Under the pieces are notes generated by a model. That model was not told the DNA's origin and did not search any database. It saw only the letters and a list, made by a program, of their open reading frames with translations. A program made the translations under genes and the position numbers. Below, in pieces: positions 55,002 to 63,916 of a stretch of DNA of 64,000 nucleotides (the stretch's first letter is position 1; every line of letters starts with the position of its first letter). This stretch comes from Chloracidobacterium sp. (GTDB lineage Bacteria; Acidobacteriota; Blastocatellia; Chloracidobacteriales; Chloracidobacteriaceae): assembly GCA_025057975.1 (NCBI GenBank), contig JANWUV010000011.1, positions 65,555 to 129,554 of the forward strand, given 5' to 3'.

Positions 55002-56921
55002 ATGACAGCGAAGATTCTCATCGCCGAGGATGATCCCGCCTCGCGCACCCTGCTTCAGGTCTGGCTGCGTAATGACGGCTACAACATTACGAGCGTTGAC
55101 AACGGCCGGGCGGCTCTGGAAGCGGCTCGGCAAATATTGCCCGATCTCGTGTTGTCGGACGTGCTGATGCCTGAAATGGACGGGTTTGAGCTGTGCCGAG
55201 CGCTGCGCGCCGATCCTGTCTTGGGTGAAGTGCCGATTGTGTTAGTGACGACGCTGGCCGACAAAGCCTCCCGCCTCCAGGGTCTTGAGGCCGGCGCGGA
55301 CGACTTTCTCAGCAAGCCCTACGATAGCGCTGAACTGCGCGCGCGGGTGCGCACCATTGTGCGCCTCAACCGCTACCGTCTGTTGCTGCATGAGCGCGAG
55401 CAACGCGCGGCGGAGCGAGCCGCCGCCGCCGCCCGCCTCAAAGAACTGGCGGATTTGCTCGACCAAACGCACGACGCCGTCGTCCAGATTGACGACACAG
55501 GGCGGGTCGTCTTCTGGAGCGCTGGCGCAGCCCGGATGTTTGGGTGGACTCCGGAAGAGGCCCACGAGCAGCCGGCGCATCGTTTGCTCTTTCCGGGCGT
55601 CGGGGAACTTCCGCGCGAGGCGCTAACGGCTGTGGCCGAAGGGGGTGCGTGGACAGGTGAACTCACAACCCGCCGGCGCAACGGACAGGAACTCATTTTG
55701 ATGAGCCGATGGTCGGCGGTTACACGAGCGGCGGATGGCACGCGCTCGACTTTGCTCATTGCCACCGATGTCACAGAACAGCGCCGCGCGGAGCGTCAAT
55801 ACCTGCGCGCCCAACGCATGGAAACCATCGGAATGCTCGCCAGCGGCGTCGCCCATGACCTCAACAACATGCTCACGCCGATTGGCGTCGGGGTTGAAAT
55901 CTTACGCCAGCAGTTGCAGGACGAGGCGCTCACTGAAGTGATCAACATGATGGCAAATAGCGTCGAGCGCGGCGCGGCGCTCATCAAGCAGGTGCTGTCA
56001 CTGGCCCGTGAAAGCGGCGGCGCAGTCGGTTTGACTCAACCCAAGCACATTTTGCGCGAAGTGGCTGCGATTGTGCGCGAAACCTTCCCAAAATCCATCG
56101 AGGTACGTACGGATTACCCGGCGAAACTATGGACAATCGAGATTGATCCAACGGAGTTGACCCAAGTGCTGCTCAACCTGTGCGTCAACGCCCGTGACGC
56201 CATGCCGCAGGGCGGAACGTTGACGCTGGCGGCCCGCGACGTGGACGCCGCTGAGGCGCTGCGCGCCGGACGGCCGCGCACAATGGCCGACCACTACGTC
56301 TTGTTCGAGGTCTCCGACACCGGCCTGGGCATCCCGCCCGACATCCGCGAGCGCATTTTTGAACCGTTTTTTACGACCAAGTCCCACGGCAAGGGAACCG
56401 GATTAGGGTTGGCGACCGTGGCCTCGATTGTAGACAAGCGCGGCGGCGTCATTGCGCTGGAAAGCGAAGTTGGACGCGGGACGACGTTTCGGCTCTACTT
56501 CCCGGCGGCCGAGGCGTCCGAATCGCCGTCCGTCGTGGCGGAGCGCCTGCCGACCGGGCAAGGGGAGTTGATCCTCATCGCCGAAACCGAGGCCTCGACG
56601 CTCGACTTGCTGCGGACGGTGCTTGAAACCAACGGCTACACGGTGATTGTAGCGCGGGACGATGCGGAATTAAGAGTCGGACTGACCAGTCGTCCGGCTG
56701 CCGCCGTCATTGACGCCCTGTTGCCGACGACGGGACAAAGTGGCTTGGCGCTGGCGCACGCCGTCCAACCCGACTTGCCCCTGATCGGCGTGTGCACCGA
56801 TTCGCCTACAAGCTGCCGTCACCGTATGGCGGAGCTTCCGGTTCGTGCTTGGCTTGACAAGCCGTTTACGGCGTCCCAAGTGCTGCAAACCTTGCGCGCC
56901 GTTCTGCATCCGCAGGGCTGA
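55002..56921 (+). CDS. Hybrid sensor kinase: REC-PAS-HisKA-HATPase_c-REC-like
   Basis: KILIAEDDPASR..LVLSDVLMPEMDGFEL (REC). PAS region (VVQIDDTGRVVFWSAGAARMFGW). ASGVAHDLNNML (HisKA). GTGLGLATV (ATPase). C-terminal ELILIAETEAS.. receiver-like domain. Confidence 0.85.
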   Translation: MTAKILIAEDDPASRTLLQVWLRNDGYNITSVDNGRAALEAARQILPDLVLSDVLMPEMDGFELCRALRADPVLGEVPIVLVTTLADKASRLQGLEAGADDFLSKPYDSAELRARVRTIVRLNRYRLLLHEREQRAAERAAAAARLKELADLLDQTHDAVVQIDDTGRVVFWSAGAARMFGWTPEEAHEQPAHRLLFPGVGELPREALTAVAEGGAWTGELTTRRRNGQELILMSRWSAVTRAADGTRSTLLIATDVTEQRRAERQYLRAQRMETIGMLASGVAHDLNNMLTPIGVGVEILRQQLQDEALTEVINMMANSVERGAALIKQVLSLARESGGAVGLTQPKHILREVAAIVRETFPKSIEVRTDYPAKLWTIEIDPTELTQVLLNLCVNARDAMPQGGTLTLAARDVDAAEALRAGRPRTMADHYVLFEVSDTGLGIPPDIRERIFEPFFTTKSHGKGTGLGLATVASIVDKRGGVIALESEVGRGTTFRLYFPAAEASESPSVVAERLPTGQGELILIAETEASTLDLLRTVLETNGYTVIVARDDAELRVGLTSRPAAAVIDALLPTTGQSGLALAHAVQPDLPLIGVCTDSPTSCRHRMAELPVRAWLDKPFTASQVLQTLRAVLHPQG

Positions 56922-56951
56922 CGGTCAAAGCCTGCCGTTGGCGCTGGGCGC

Positions 56952-58637
56952 TCAGTCGGACGCGGCTGGCGCGCCCACCAGCGCGTCCAGCGTGACGCCG
57001 CGCGCCGCGCACCACACGGCGAACGGCTCAACCTGCGCTTCAGCCAGTTTGCGTCCGACCAGCCGCCGGAGATGTTCTTCCAACACCTCCGGCTCCCAGC
57101 GGGCGTAAATCTTCCGTCGGTCGGACGCTAAAAGCTCTTCACGCTCTTTGGCTACTAGCTCCTTGAGTTCACTTTTCTTGAGCTGCGCCAGCAGGGCTTC
57201 GCCGGTTCGTTCGAGGTGGTCAAGGTAGCCAAGCTCCAACTCCTGCAGCTGCTCCTGCGAAGGCACAGGAACAAGCAAACCGGTGTTGGCCGACGTTCCC
57301 CCCTTGTTCACCGCTTCCGACGCCTCAGCGGGCTTCTCAGCGCGTGCACGGGTGGTTTTGGCAGTGGACGGCGCTCGCTTTTTTGGCGGCAGTTTGGGGA
57401 GCGCCTCCCGGCCGTTGACGATCAGCGTGTAGAGCAACCCGCCCGGATTGGCGAGATTGCGCCGGCGGTACTGCCGATCGAAGATGGCGATGGCCTGCTC
57501 GATGGTCTCCAGCTTACCCTGCAACTCGAAGCTCTCCACAAGCTTTTTCGCCACCGGCCCAATCATCCCGCGCGCCATCAGTTGGCCTTCCAAGTGGAGC
57601 GCCACGTCGCGGACGGCGCGCTCCTCCGGTGAGAGGTCGTCGTCACACATAGCGTCCATCACGTCGTAGATGGGCAGCGCCATTTGCTGGATGCGCGCGC
57701 CAAACTCCAGATTCTTGCGGAAGTGGATGGTTTCCTCCGTGAGCGTCCACTCGACCAAGAACTGCTTGGACACCAACTCGTTCAGGGCTGGCTCCAAACG
57801 TTGCATAATCTGCGAGACATAGTTCAGCTCGCGCGACATCCCGACATGCTCAAAGGCTAGCTTGCGGACGTTGATAACGAAGTAGTCGCCGCTGCCGAAC
57901 TTTTTGTCGAGGTAGCGAAACAGCCGCTTGGCGATGGGCGAGGTGAGGTTGAAGTAAAAATCCGCGTCGAGTTTCTTGAAAAGCTTCTCACTGAGGCTCT
58001 GCGCGACGCGGTCGCTCCACATAACGTAACTTTTCGCCCCGGTGCGCTTGCCAGCGCTTTCGTCAAAAATCTTGAACTCCTGAATAATGCTCATCCCTAC
58101 ATCCACCAACCGGCCGCTGTGGCGGTCCACGTAGGCGTTTTTGGCCTCAATCCGCACCGCCGCCAGCTTGCGCAGCGAGCTTTCAAGCCGCTCATAATGC
58201 TTGGCGTTCATCGGCCAGCCCAGCCGCCGAATTAGGTCGTACCGGCTGAAGTAGACCTTCTTCTGTGCGCCCTGTTCATAAGACAGTTCCATCAGCGCCA
58301 CATACACGTCTTCGTCGGTGGTGCTGGGCAGTCCCTCAATCGGGTGGGGCATGACTGTCCACACGCGCTGGATTTCGCGCCCATTGGAGGTGATGTGTTC
58401 AGTGAACGTCAGGTAGTTCTTGCTTTTCTGAGCGCGTTTGTCGAGAACGGCGATGGGAAACACCGCAAGGTTGAACTCATCTTGGGCAATGCGGATCACC
58501 TCTGGCTTATCCGCATCGTCGTCGCTTCCTCCGGCCGCCGCCGGCAGCGCAGCCGGAGATGCTGCGCTAGTCGTAGCCGCGGTGGCGGTTGGGGCGTCGG
58601 TCTCAAGCTTTTTGCGGCGGCTGCGCTTTTCCGACAT
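56952..58637 (-). CDS. repA: Plasmid-type replication initiator (Replication initiator protein A / RPA-like)
   Basis: 561 aa. After a low-complexity N-terminus comes IRIAQDEFNLAVFPIAVLDKRAQKS.NYLTF, which resembles the RPA-family N-terminal motif. ggaggag SD. An iteron array and an AT-rich tract lie immediately upstream. Confidence 0.65.
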   Translation of the reverse strand: MSEKRSRRKKLETDAPTATAATTSAASPAALPAAAGGSDDDADKPEVIRIAQDEFNLAVFPIAVLDKRAQKSKNYLTFTEHITSNGREIQRVWTVMPHPIEGLPSTTDEDVYVALMELSYEQGAQKKVYFSRYDLIRRLGWPMNAKHYERLESSLRKLAAVRIEAKNAYVDRHSGRLVDVGMSIIQEFKIFDESAGKRTGAKSYVMWSDRVAQSLSEKLFKKLDADFYFNLTSPIAKRLFRYLDKKFGSGDYFVINVRKLAFEHVGMSRELNYVSQIMQRLEPALNELVSKQFLVEWTLTEETIHFRKNLEFGARIQQMALPIYDVMDAMCDDDLSPEERAVRDVALHLEGQLMARGMIGPVAKKLVESFELQGKLETIEQAIAIFDRQYRRRNLANPGGLLYTLIVNGREALPKLPPKKRAPSTAKTTRARAEKPAEASEAVNKGGTSANTGLLVPVPSQEQLQELELGYLDHLERTGEALLAQLKKSELKELVAKEREELLASDRRKIYARWEPEVLEEHLRRLVGRKLAEAQVEPFAVWCAARGVTLDALVGAPAASD

Positions 58638-58740
58638 GGCTACCCTCCTCCCATTGCCCAGCGCCCACGCCTACCAGCGGTGGATGGCACCGAACTCTTA
58701 TGGCGGCGCGGGCCGGAAAATGTGCCAAATAGATTTTTGA

Positions 58741-58830
58741 CACTTAATTATCATCATCATCATCAATTATCATTAATTTAGTTAACAGCGCCAATAAGTT
58801 CTTTATTTTCAATGATTTACAGGCGAATTT
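58741..58830. other. AT-rich tract (candidate DNA-unwinding element) containing (TCA)5
   Basis: Hand count gives 20 G+C in the 80 nt 58741-58820 (25%), versus about 62% in surrounding lines. tcatcatcatcatca at 58751-58765. Confidence 0.6.
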
Positions 58831-59010
58831 TTACGTCAAAGGTCAATACCTATGAAACCTTGACCTTTGGCATAAAACCAAAAAAACGGAGATTTTTATG
58901 TCAAAGGTCAATAACTTTTAAGTAGTTTTTATGTCAAAGGTCAATAGCCGATGCTTCCTAGGAGGGGTTTTTTACGTCAAAGGTCAATAGTCTTATGTCA
59001 AAGGTCAATA
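58831..59010 (+). repeat. Iteron cluster 1: five direct copies and one degenerate inverted copy of TTAYGTCAARGGTCAATA
   Basis: Direct copies start at 58831, 58896, 58929, 58972 and 58993. The inverted copy (ccttgacctttggcataa) is at 58858-58875. Confidence 0.9.
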
Positions 59011-59118
59011 GCAGGCGGGCTGGTTCACCTAAAGCTGACGCAAAAACCCAAAAATTGCCCCAAACACAAGATATTGTGGTGTTGCGCCTTCCGTCTGGTG
59101 GTCGAAAGCGGGGTAGTT

Positions 59119-59244
59119 TTTACGTCAAAGGTCAATGTCCTTATGTCAAGGGTCAATAGTTTTACGTCAAGGGTCAATAGTTTTATGTCAAGGGTCAATA
59201 GTTTTTATGTCAAAGGTCAATAGTGTTTATGTCAAAGGTCAATA
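59119..59244 (+). repeat. Iteron cluster 2: six direct copies at 21-22 bp spacing
   Basis: Copies start at 59119, 59141, 59162, 59183, 59205 and 59227. Three of them carry the CAAGGGTCAA variant. Confidence 0.95.
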
Positions 59245-59365
59245 GGCACAAGATGTAGGGCAGAGGGGCGAAGTGGCGACGTAAAGCAACGTCTAGCTGT
59301 GGCTTACAATTGGGCGCTTCAAGGAGTACATTGAGTCGGGCGGCGGGCGGGCGAGCGCGGCGGTT

Positions 59366-59402
59366 TTACGTCAAAGGTCAATATTTATGTCAAAGGTCAA
59401 TA
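59366..59402 (+). repeat. Iteron cluster 3: two direct copies
   Basis: Copies start at 59366 and 59385 (19 bp apart), 78 bp upstream of the next gene. Confidence 0.9.
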
Positions 59403-59479
59403 GGCGGCGACGCAAGCTGTAGCTGCACGCCAAACGGCAAAGGGGCGAATCAGCTCCGGGCAATGGAAGGGAGAGGAGT

Positions 59480-60289
59480 ATGCAGGTACGGGCCTTGCCG
59501 AGCTTGACAGACCCAAGCAGCCAGTTACTGATCAGCTTCGTGGTCAACGACCGAGTGGCAATTGACGCCGGGGCGTTGGCCTTTCATCTGAATGGTGAAG
59601 CGTTGCTGGCGGTGCAGGACATTGTGCTGACGCATGTCCATTTGGACCACATCGCTTCACTGCCGTTTATATTCTCGGAGTTGTTCACCGAGATTCAGAC
59701 GCCGGTGCGCATCCACGCCACGGCGGCCGATATTGAGCGCTTGCGGCGGCACATTTTCAACGATGTTATCTGGCCTGACTTCACGCGCCTGCGGAATGCG
59801 CACGGCGAGCTGCTGACCTTCAAACCCTTTGTCTGGCGGAAGCCGTTTGAGGTCGCCGGGTTGCGCCTGACGGCGATTCCCGTGACACATACGGTGGAAA
59901 CGGCTGGGATTATCATCGAAGACGCCGATGGGGTGTGCGTCGCCTTTACGTCGGACACCGGTGTAACTGACGAGTTCTGGGCCACGCTCAACGCCTTGCC
60001 GCGTCTGGACGCCGTCTTTGTGGATGTCGCCTTCGACAATGCCAATGAGCCGATTGCCAACGCTTCGCGCCATCTTTCTCCGCGCCTGCTGGTCGGCGAG
60101 TTGGCAAAGCTCCGGCGTCCGACACAAGTGCTGGCGGTGAATCTGAAACCCTTTTGTCGTGAGCGGGTGATGGAGGAAGTCAAGGCGTTGAACCTTCCGA
60201 CGGTGCAAGTGGCGGCGCTTGATGTGAACTACACTTGGTCCCCGCTGTCGCCGGCCGCCGAGGTGGTCGCTGTTGAGGGAGGCGCATAG
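59480..60289 (+). CDS. MBL-fold class II 3',5'-cyclic-nucleotide phosphodiesterase-like protein
   Basis: IVLTHVHLDHIASLPF approximates the class II PDE signature HxHLDH. Further MBL histidine/aspartate positions are present (PVTHTV, FTSDTG). gagaggag SD. Confidence 0.65.
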   Translation: MQVRALPSLTDPSSQLLISFVVNDRVAIDAGALAFHLNGEALLAVQDIVLTHVHLDHIASLPFIFSELFTEIQTPVRIHATAADIERLRRHIFNDVIWPDFTRLRNAHGELLTFKPFVWRKPFEVAGLRLTAIPVTHTVETAGIIIEDADGVCVAFTSDTGVTDEFWATLNALPRLDAVFVDVAFDNANEPIANASRHLSPRLLVGELAKLRRPTQVLAVNLKPFCRERVMEEVKALNLPTVQVAALDVNYTWSPLSPAAEVVAVEGGA

Positions 60290-60296
60290 GAAACTT

Positions 60297-62387
60297 ATGG
60301 AGTACCCAACCATCATCGTCAGTGGGCCAACCACCAAGCGGCGTGTGGACGAGTGTCGGAAGTTCCCGCTGATTATTGGGCGAGCAACAAGCAGCGACGT
60401 GATCGTGCTGGATGAGCGCGCTTCCCGGTTGCACGCCAAGATTGAGGCGCTGCCGGACGGCGGTTATCAGTTGGTGGACTTAAGGAGCCGCAACGGTACG
60501 CGACTCAACAACGTGTTGGTGACGGCGGCGGTGCGCCTGAAGGACGGCGATACAATCTCCATTGGCAGCCACCAGTTGGTTTTTCGGCTGCCGGCAAAAG
60601 GCGTTGACGTACGCTATGACGACAAGCCGCTGACGGGAACAGTGAAGCTTCAGAAAGCGGCGGAGTTGTTGGCACTCGGGCGTTCCGGCGAGGTCATGGG
60701 GAAGCCCTCAAGCGGTTTTCGGGCCGTCAAATCACCCGGTTCGGAGCAGGTAGCCGTCAGCGCCGAGCAACTCCACCTGCTAGAGAAACGCAGTCGGATG
60801 CTGAGCCTGTTTTATGACTTCAACAGGCAGGTGGCGCGCCAATTCGACATTCGCGCGATTTACGCAGAGGTGGCGCGGCAGGTCTTCGAGATCTCCAACG
60901 CCGGGCGGGTGCTTATCGGCAAGCTGAGCGCAGACGACACGCCGACGATTGAATGGGGGCAATATCGAGACGACCGGATGCGCCAGGCCTACGCGGCGAT
61001 GCCCATCAACCGAACGGTGATGCGCAAAGTCATGCAAGAGGGCGTCTCATTGTTGAGTCGGGATATGAGCAACGTCACGGGGACAGCGATTCTAGGCGTA
61101 CAATCGCTGATGTGCGTTCCGATGCTGGGCCAGGAAGAGGCGCCGCTGGGCGTCATCTACGCCGATAGTTTGCACTTGGACGGCTTTACTGAGGACGACG
61201 TGGACTACCTAACGGGTTTGGCTTCGACCGTGGCGCTGACACTAGAAAACATTATGGCGCACGAACGCCTGCTGCATGAGGCGGAGGCGCGCGCCGCATA
61301 CCGCCGGTTTCTTCCGCCGCATGTTGTGGATCAAATCATCCGTGACCCGGACAGCCTCCAGCTAGGCGGTGTCAACCAAGTCGTCACCACGATGTTCGCT
61401 GACATTCGGGGGTTCACCACCCTGTCCGAGCGCAAATCGCCGCAGGAAATTGTCGCCATCCTGAACAACTACTTTGAGCGGGCGGCAGCCGTGATTTTCC
61501 GGTACGGCGGCTCACTCGACAAATTCATCGGCGACGGCATCATGGCGCTGTTTGGCGCGCCTCAACCCGGCGAACGTGATCCGGTCAATGCCATCCAAGC
61601 GGCGATCGCCTTGCAGGAGGTCATCCGGGAAGTCAACGCCGATCTCAGCGAACAGGGCCTAGACTTGCAGTTGAGCATCGGCGTCGGCGTCAATACCGGC
61701 GAAGTGACGGCTGGTTACATTGGCTCTAAGCTGCGGACGGACTACACCGTCATCGGCGACGCCGTGAATCTAGCGGCTCGCTTAGAAGCCAACGCCAAGC
61801 CGGGAGAAATTTTGGTGGGAGAAACCACGGTGTGGTGTTTGCGCGACCTGATACAGCGAGGCGTTAAGTTTGGCGACGACGAGCGTGAATTCGCTTTTGT
61901 TCCCTTAGGCGGGATGAAGGTCAAGGGCAAGCTTAACGAAGTCAACGTCTACCGGATTCTGTGGGGCGACGAGTTGGCGGCGGCAGGTGCCTCGCAGGCG
62001 ATGTTTTTCCGCAGCGCGGCGAACAACAACCCGGTGTTTTCTGAGGTGTTTTCTGAACCTGAGACGCTTTTGCGCCGCCAGTTGGATTGGGCGTCCAAGC
62101 GACGTGAACCGCGTCGTAAGCTGGCGGTGGCTGTGACAGTGACCGGCCGAGACCTCCATGGCAACGCCTTTGAGCAGGAAACCGAGACAGTGGACGTGAG
62201 CCGTTCCGGGGCGTGCATTCGCTTGGCGCGGCAGGTTCCCGTCCCATCGTCGCTCTCAATGACCGTCCCGGCGCACAACTGGCGCGGTGAAGCTATTGTT
62301 CGCACCGTCGCCCGTGACGCCCAAGGTTATCTGGCCGGGATTGAAATTATCGGTCTGGGACCAGACTGGTACTCTGAGTCAAAGTAA
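60297..62387 (+). CDS. FHA-GAF-class III adenylate/guanylate cyclase-PilZ multidomain protein
   Basis: FHA: IIGRATSSDVIVLDERASRLHAKIE..LVDLRSRNGTRLN. A GAF-like middle region follows. Cyclase: TTMFADIRGFTTLSE, KFIGDGIMALFGAP, IGDAVNLAARLE. C-terminal PilZ motifs RREPR (RxxxR) and DVSRSG (DxSxxG), starting at nt 62100. Confidence 0.85.
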   Translation: MEYPTIIVSGPTTKRRVDECRKFPLIIGRATSSDVIVLDERASRLHAKIEALPDGGYQLVDLRSRNGTRLNNVLVTAAVRLKDGDTISIGSHQLVFRLPAKGVDVRYDDKPLTGTVKLQKAAELLALGRSGEVMGKPSSGFRAVKSPGSEQVAVSAEQLHLLEKRSRMLSLFYDFNRQVARQFDIRAIYAEVARQVFEISNAGRVLIGKLSADDTPTIEWGQYRDDRMRQAYAAMPINRTVMRKVMQEGVSLLSRDMSNVTGTAILGVQSLMCVPMLGQEEAPLGVIYADSLHLDGFTEDDVDYLTGLASTVALTLENIMAHERLLHEAEARAAYRRFLPPHVVDQIIRDPDSLQLGGVNQVVTTMFADIRGFTTLSERKSPQEIVAILNNYFERAAAVIFRYGGSLDKFIGDGIMALFGAPQPGERDPVNAIQAAIALQEVIREVNADLSEQGLDLQLSIGVGVNTGEVTAGYIGSKLRTDYTVIGDAVNLAARLEANAKPGEILVGETTVWCLRDLIQRGVKFGDDEREFAFVPLGGMKVKGKLNEVNVYRILWGDELAAAGASQAMFFRSAANNNPVFSEVFSEPETLLRRQLDWASKRREPRRKLAVAVTVTGRDLHGNAFEQETETVDVSRSGACIRLARQVPVPSSLSMTVPAHNWRGEAIVRTVARDAQGYLAGIEIIGLGPDWYSESK

Positions 62388-62536
62388 GCCCGGCGAGAGA
62401 AAGCCTGCCTTGTAATCTTGTTCTCATCCGCGTCGGTCGCCGAGGCGTCCGATGACGGCGAAGCTGTGGCAGCCGGAAATGGGGCGCCATTTCAGACGCT
62501 ATGACGACATTGAGTCCAGCGGAATCGTTGTAGTTG

Positions 62537-63916
62537 ATGGAGCGATCGCTGATGCGGGGTAGAACCCGCCTGACGCTCACCGAGGCTGCCGCCTTGACCG
62601 GACTCTCGCTGGATGAAGCCGAAAACGCTCTCCGTGAGCTGCTAATGCGCTATGACTGTCGCCTTCAGGTGACAGAAAATGGCGATATCATTTACGACTT
62701 TGGTTCACGTCTACATCGCCGTAATGAAAAGTCATGGCGTGAGTATTTAGATGAAATACTTAGTTTCCTTTGGAAAGCCTTTGTCTTATTTTTCAAAATC
62801 TGGATCACTGTCACGCTAGTTGTTTATTTTCTCATCTTTCTTTCAATTCTCATTACCGCCATTGTTGGTATTTTTTCTAGCAGCAAAGATCGTCGCAGTT
62901 CACGGAACAGTCGGTCAAATATTGGCGACTTACTTACCAGATTGCTTCGGTTATTCATTACTATTTTTGAGTGGAAGACTGCAACGCCGAAGAAGCAGCA
63001 GCGAACTGACCGAAGGGGATATACTTATGCTGCCTACCAACCTCAGCCGGCATTGTTCCAAGAAGGGGTGGATAAAAAAGGTTTCATTGCTTCTGTTTAT
63101 GACTTTGTTTTTGGTCCGCCCCGTGTAACTCGTGATCCGCTTGAGAATCAGAGAGAAATTGCCGCCTTTTTGCGGCGCCACCGTGGCATTCTTGTTCCAA
63201 GCGACATTAAGGCGCTAACGGGATTGGTTTCTGATTCAGCAGCATTGTTATTTTCAGACTGTATCGGGCGATTTCACGGCGAGATTTGTGTTAGCGACCG
63301 CAAGATTATGTACGGCCGCTTTGACCGACTGCTGCGGACAACAACTGACAAGGACGACATAGAGGTTTTATACTATTGGGACGAATACGAGCCACCTTAC
63401 TTGTTGACAGGGAACACATTCGGTATGAATGTTCTGATTATTTTTCTTAATGGATTTAACCTAATCTTTTCATTAGTCATCATGTTCGGCAATTCAGAGA
63501 AGGAATTTTCCACTCTTTGGCTCGGCGTTGTTCCTTTTTTGTTTTCATTTATTTTTTTCACTGTGCCGCTGTTGCGTCTACCGGGTGTGCTGATCAATGA
63601 AGCGCGTCGTGTTGCTGAAAACCGGCGCAAGCGCGTTATGCAGGTGATTTTCGCCAGTCGCGGTTGCGCGCAAACGGCCGAGCAGATTGTGCAGGCGGTC
63701 AATGCGCCAGGAACGCTTGAGCCACTCTCCCAGAAAACCGTTGAGGATATTCTGGCGCGACTTGTACGAGACTTACCCGGTGAAATCCGAACCGATGGGC
63801 ATGGACGGGTGCTTTATGAGTTTCCGATAATTGCACTAGAGCTAGAGGAAGCTGAGCGGCTGCGGCGGCGGACGGTTGACCGTGACCTTGGTAGAGTTGT
63901 TTTTGATACGCACTGA
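62537..63916 (+). CDS. Hypothetical membrane protein with three wHTH-like soluble modules; low-GC core
   Basis: Modules of the form helix...G.I.Y.F: LTEAAALTGLSLDEAENALRELLMRYDCRLQVTENGDIIYDFG; EIAAFLRRHRGILVPSDIKALTGL...GEICVSDRKIMYGRF; AEQIVQAVN...ILARLVRDLPGEIRTDGHGRVLYEFP. Two hydrophobic blocks. No family recognised. Confidence 0.5.
   Translation: MERSLMRGRTRLTLTEAAALTGLSLDEAENALRELLMRYDCRLQVTENGDIIYDFGSRLHRRNEKSWREYLDEILSFLWKAFVLFFKIWITVTLVVYFLIFLSILITAIVGIFSSSKDRRSSRNSRSNIGDLLTRLLRLFITIFEWKTATPKKQQRTDRRGYTYAAYQPQPALFQEGVDKKGFIASVYDFVFGPPRVTRDPLENQREIAAFLRRHRGILVPSDIKALTGLVSDSAALLFSDCIGRFHGEICVSDRKIMYGRFDRLLRTTTDKDDIEVLYYWDEYEPPYLLTGNTFGMNVLIIFLNGFNLIFSLVIMFGNSEKEFSTLWLGVVPFLFSFIFFTVPLLRLPGVLINEARRVAENRRKRVMQVIFASRGCAQTAEQIVQAVNAPGTLEPLSQKTVEDILARLVRDLPGEIRTDGHGRVLYEFPIIALELEEAERLRRRTVDRDLGRVVFDTH

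Noticed and set aside
58745-58775. Possible DnaA boxes in the AT-rich tract (ttatcatca)
   Set aside because: The sequences do not match the TTATCCACA consensus at the discriminating CAC positions. I cannot support a DnaA-box call by eye.
58951-59223. Track ORF (90 aa) with repetitive ..SRVNSFTSRVNSFMSRVNSF.. sequence
   Set aside because: It is simply the in-frame translation of the iteron repeats and has no independent coding evidence.
58831-59402. Repeat array that could be mistaken for a CRISPR array
   Set aside because: The repeats are 18 bp at 19-33 bp periodicity, so the 'spacers' are only 1-15 nt. One copy is inverted. No cas genes are present. The array abuts a Rep-like gene and an AT-rich tract. 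It is an iteron origin, not CRISPR.
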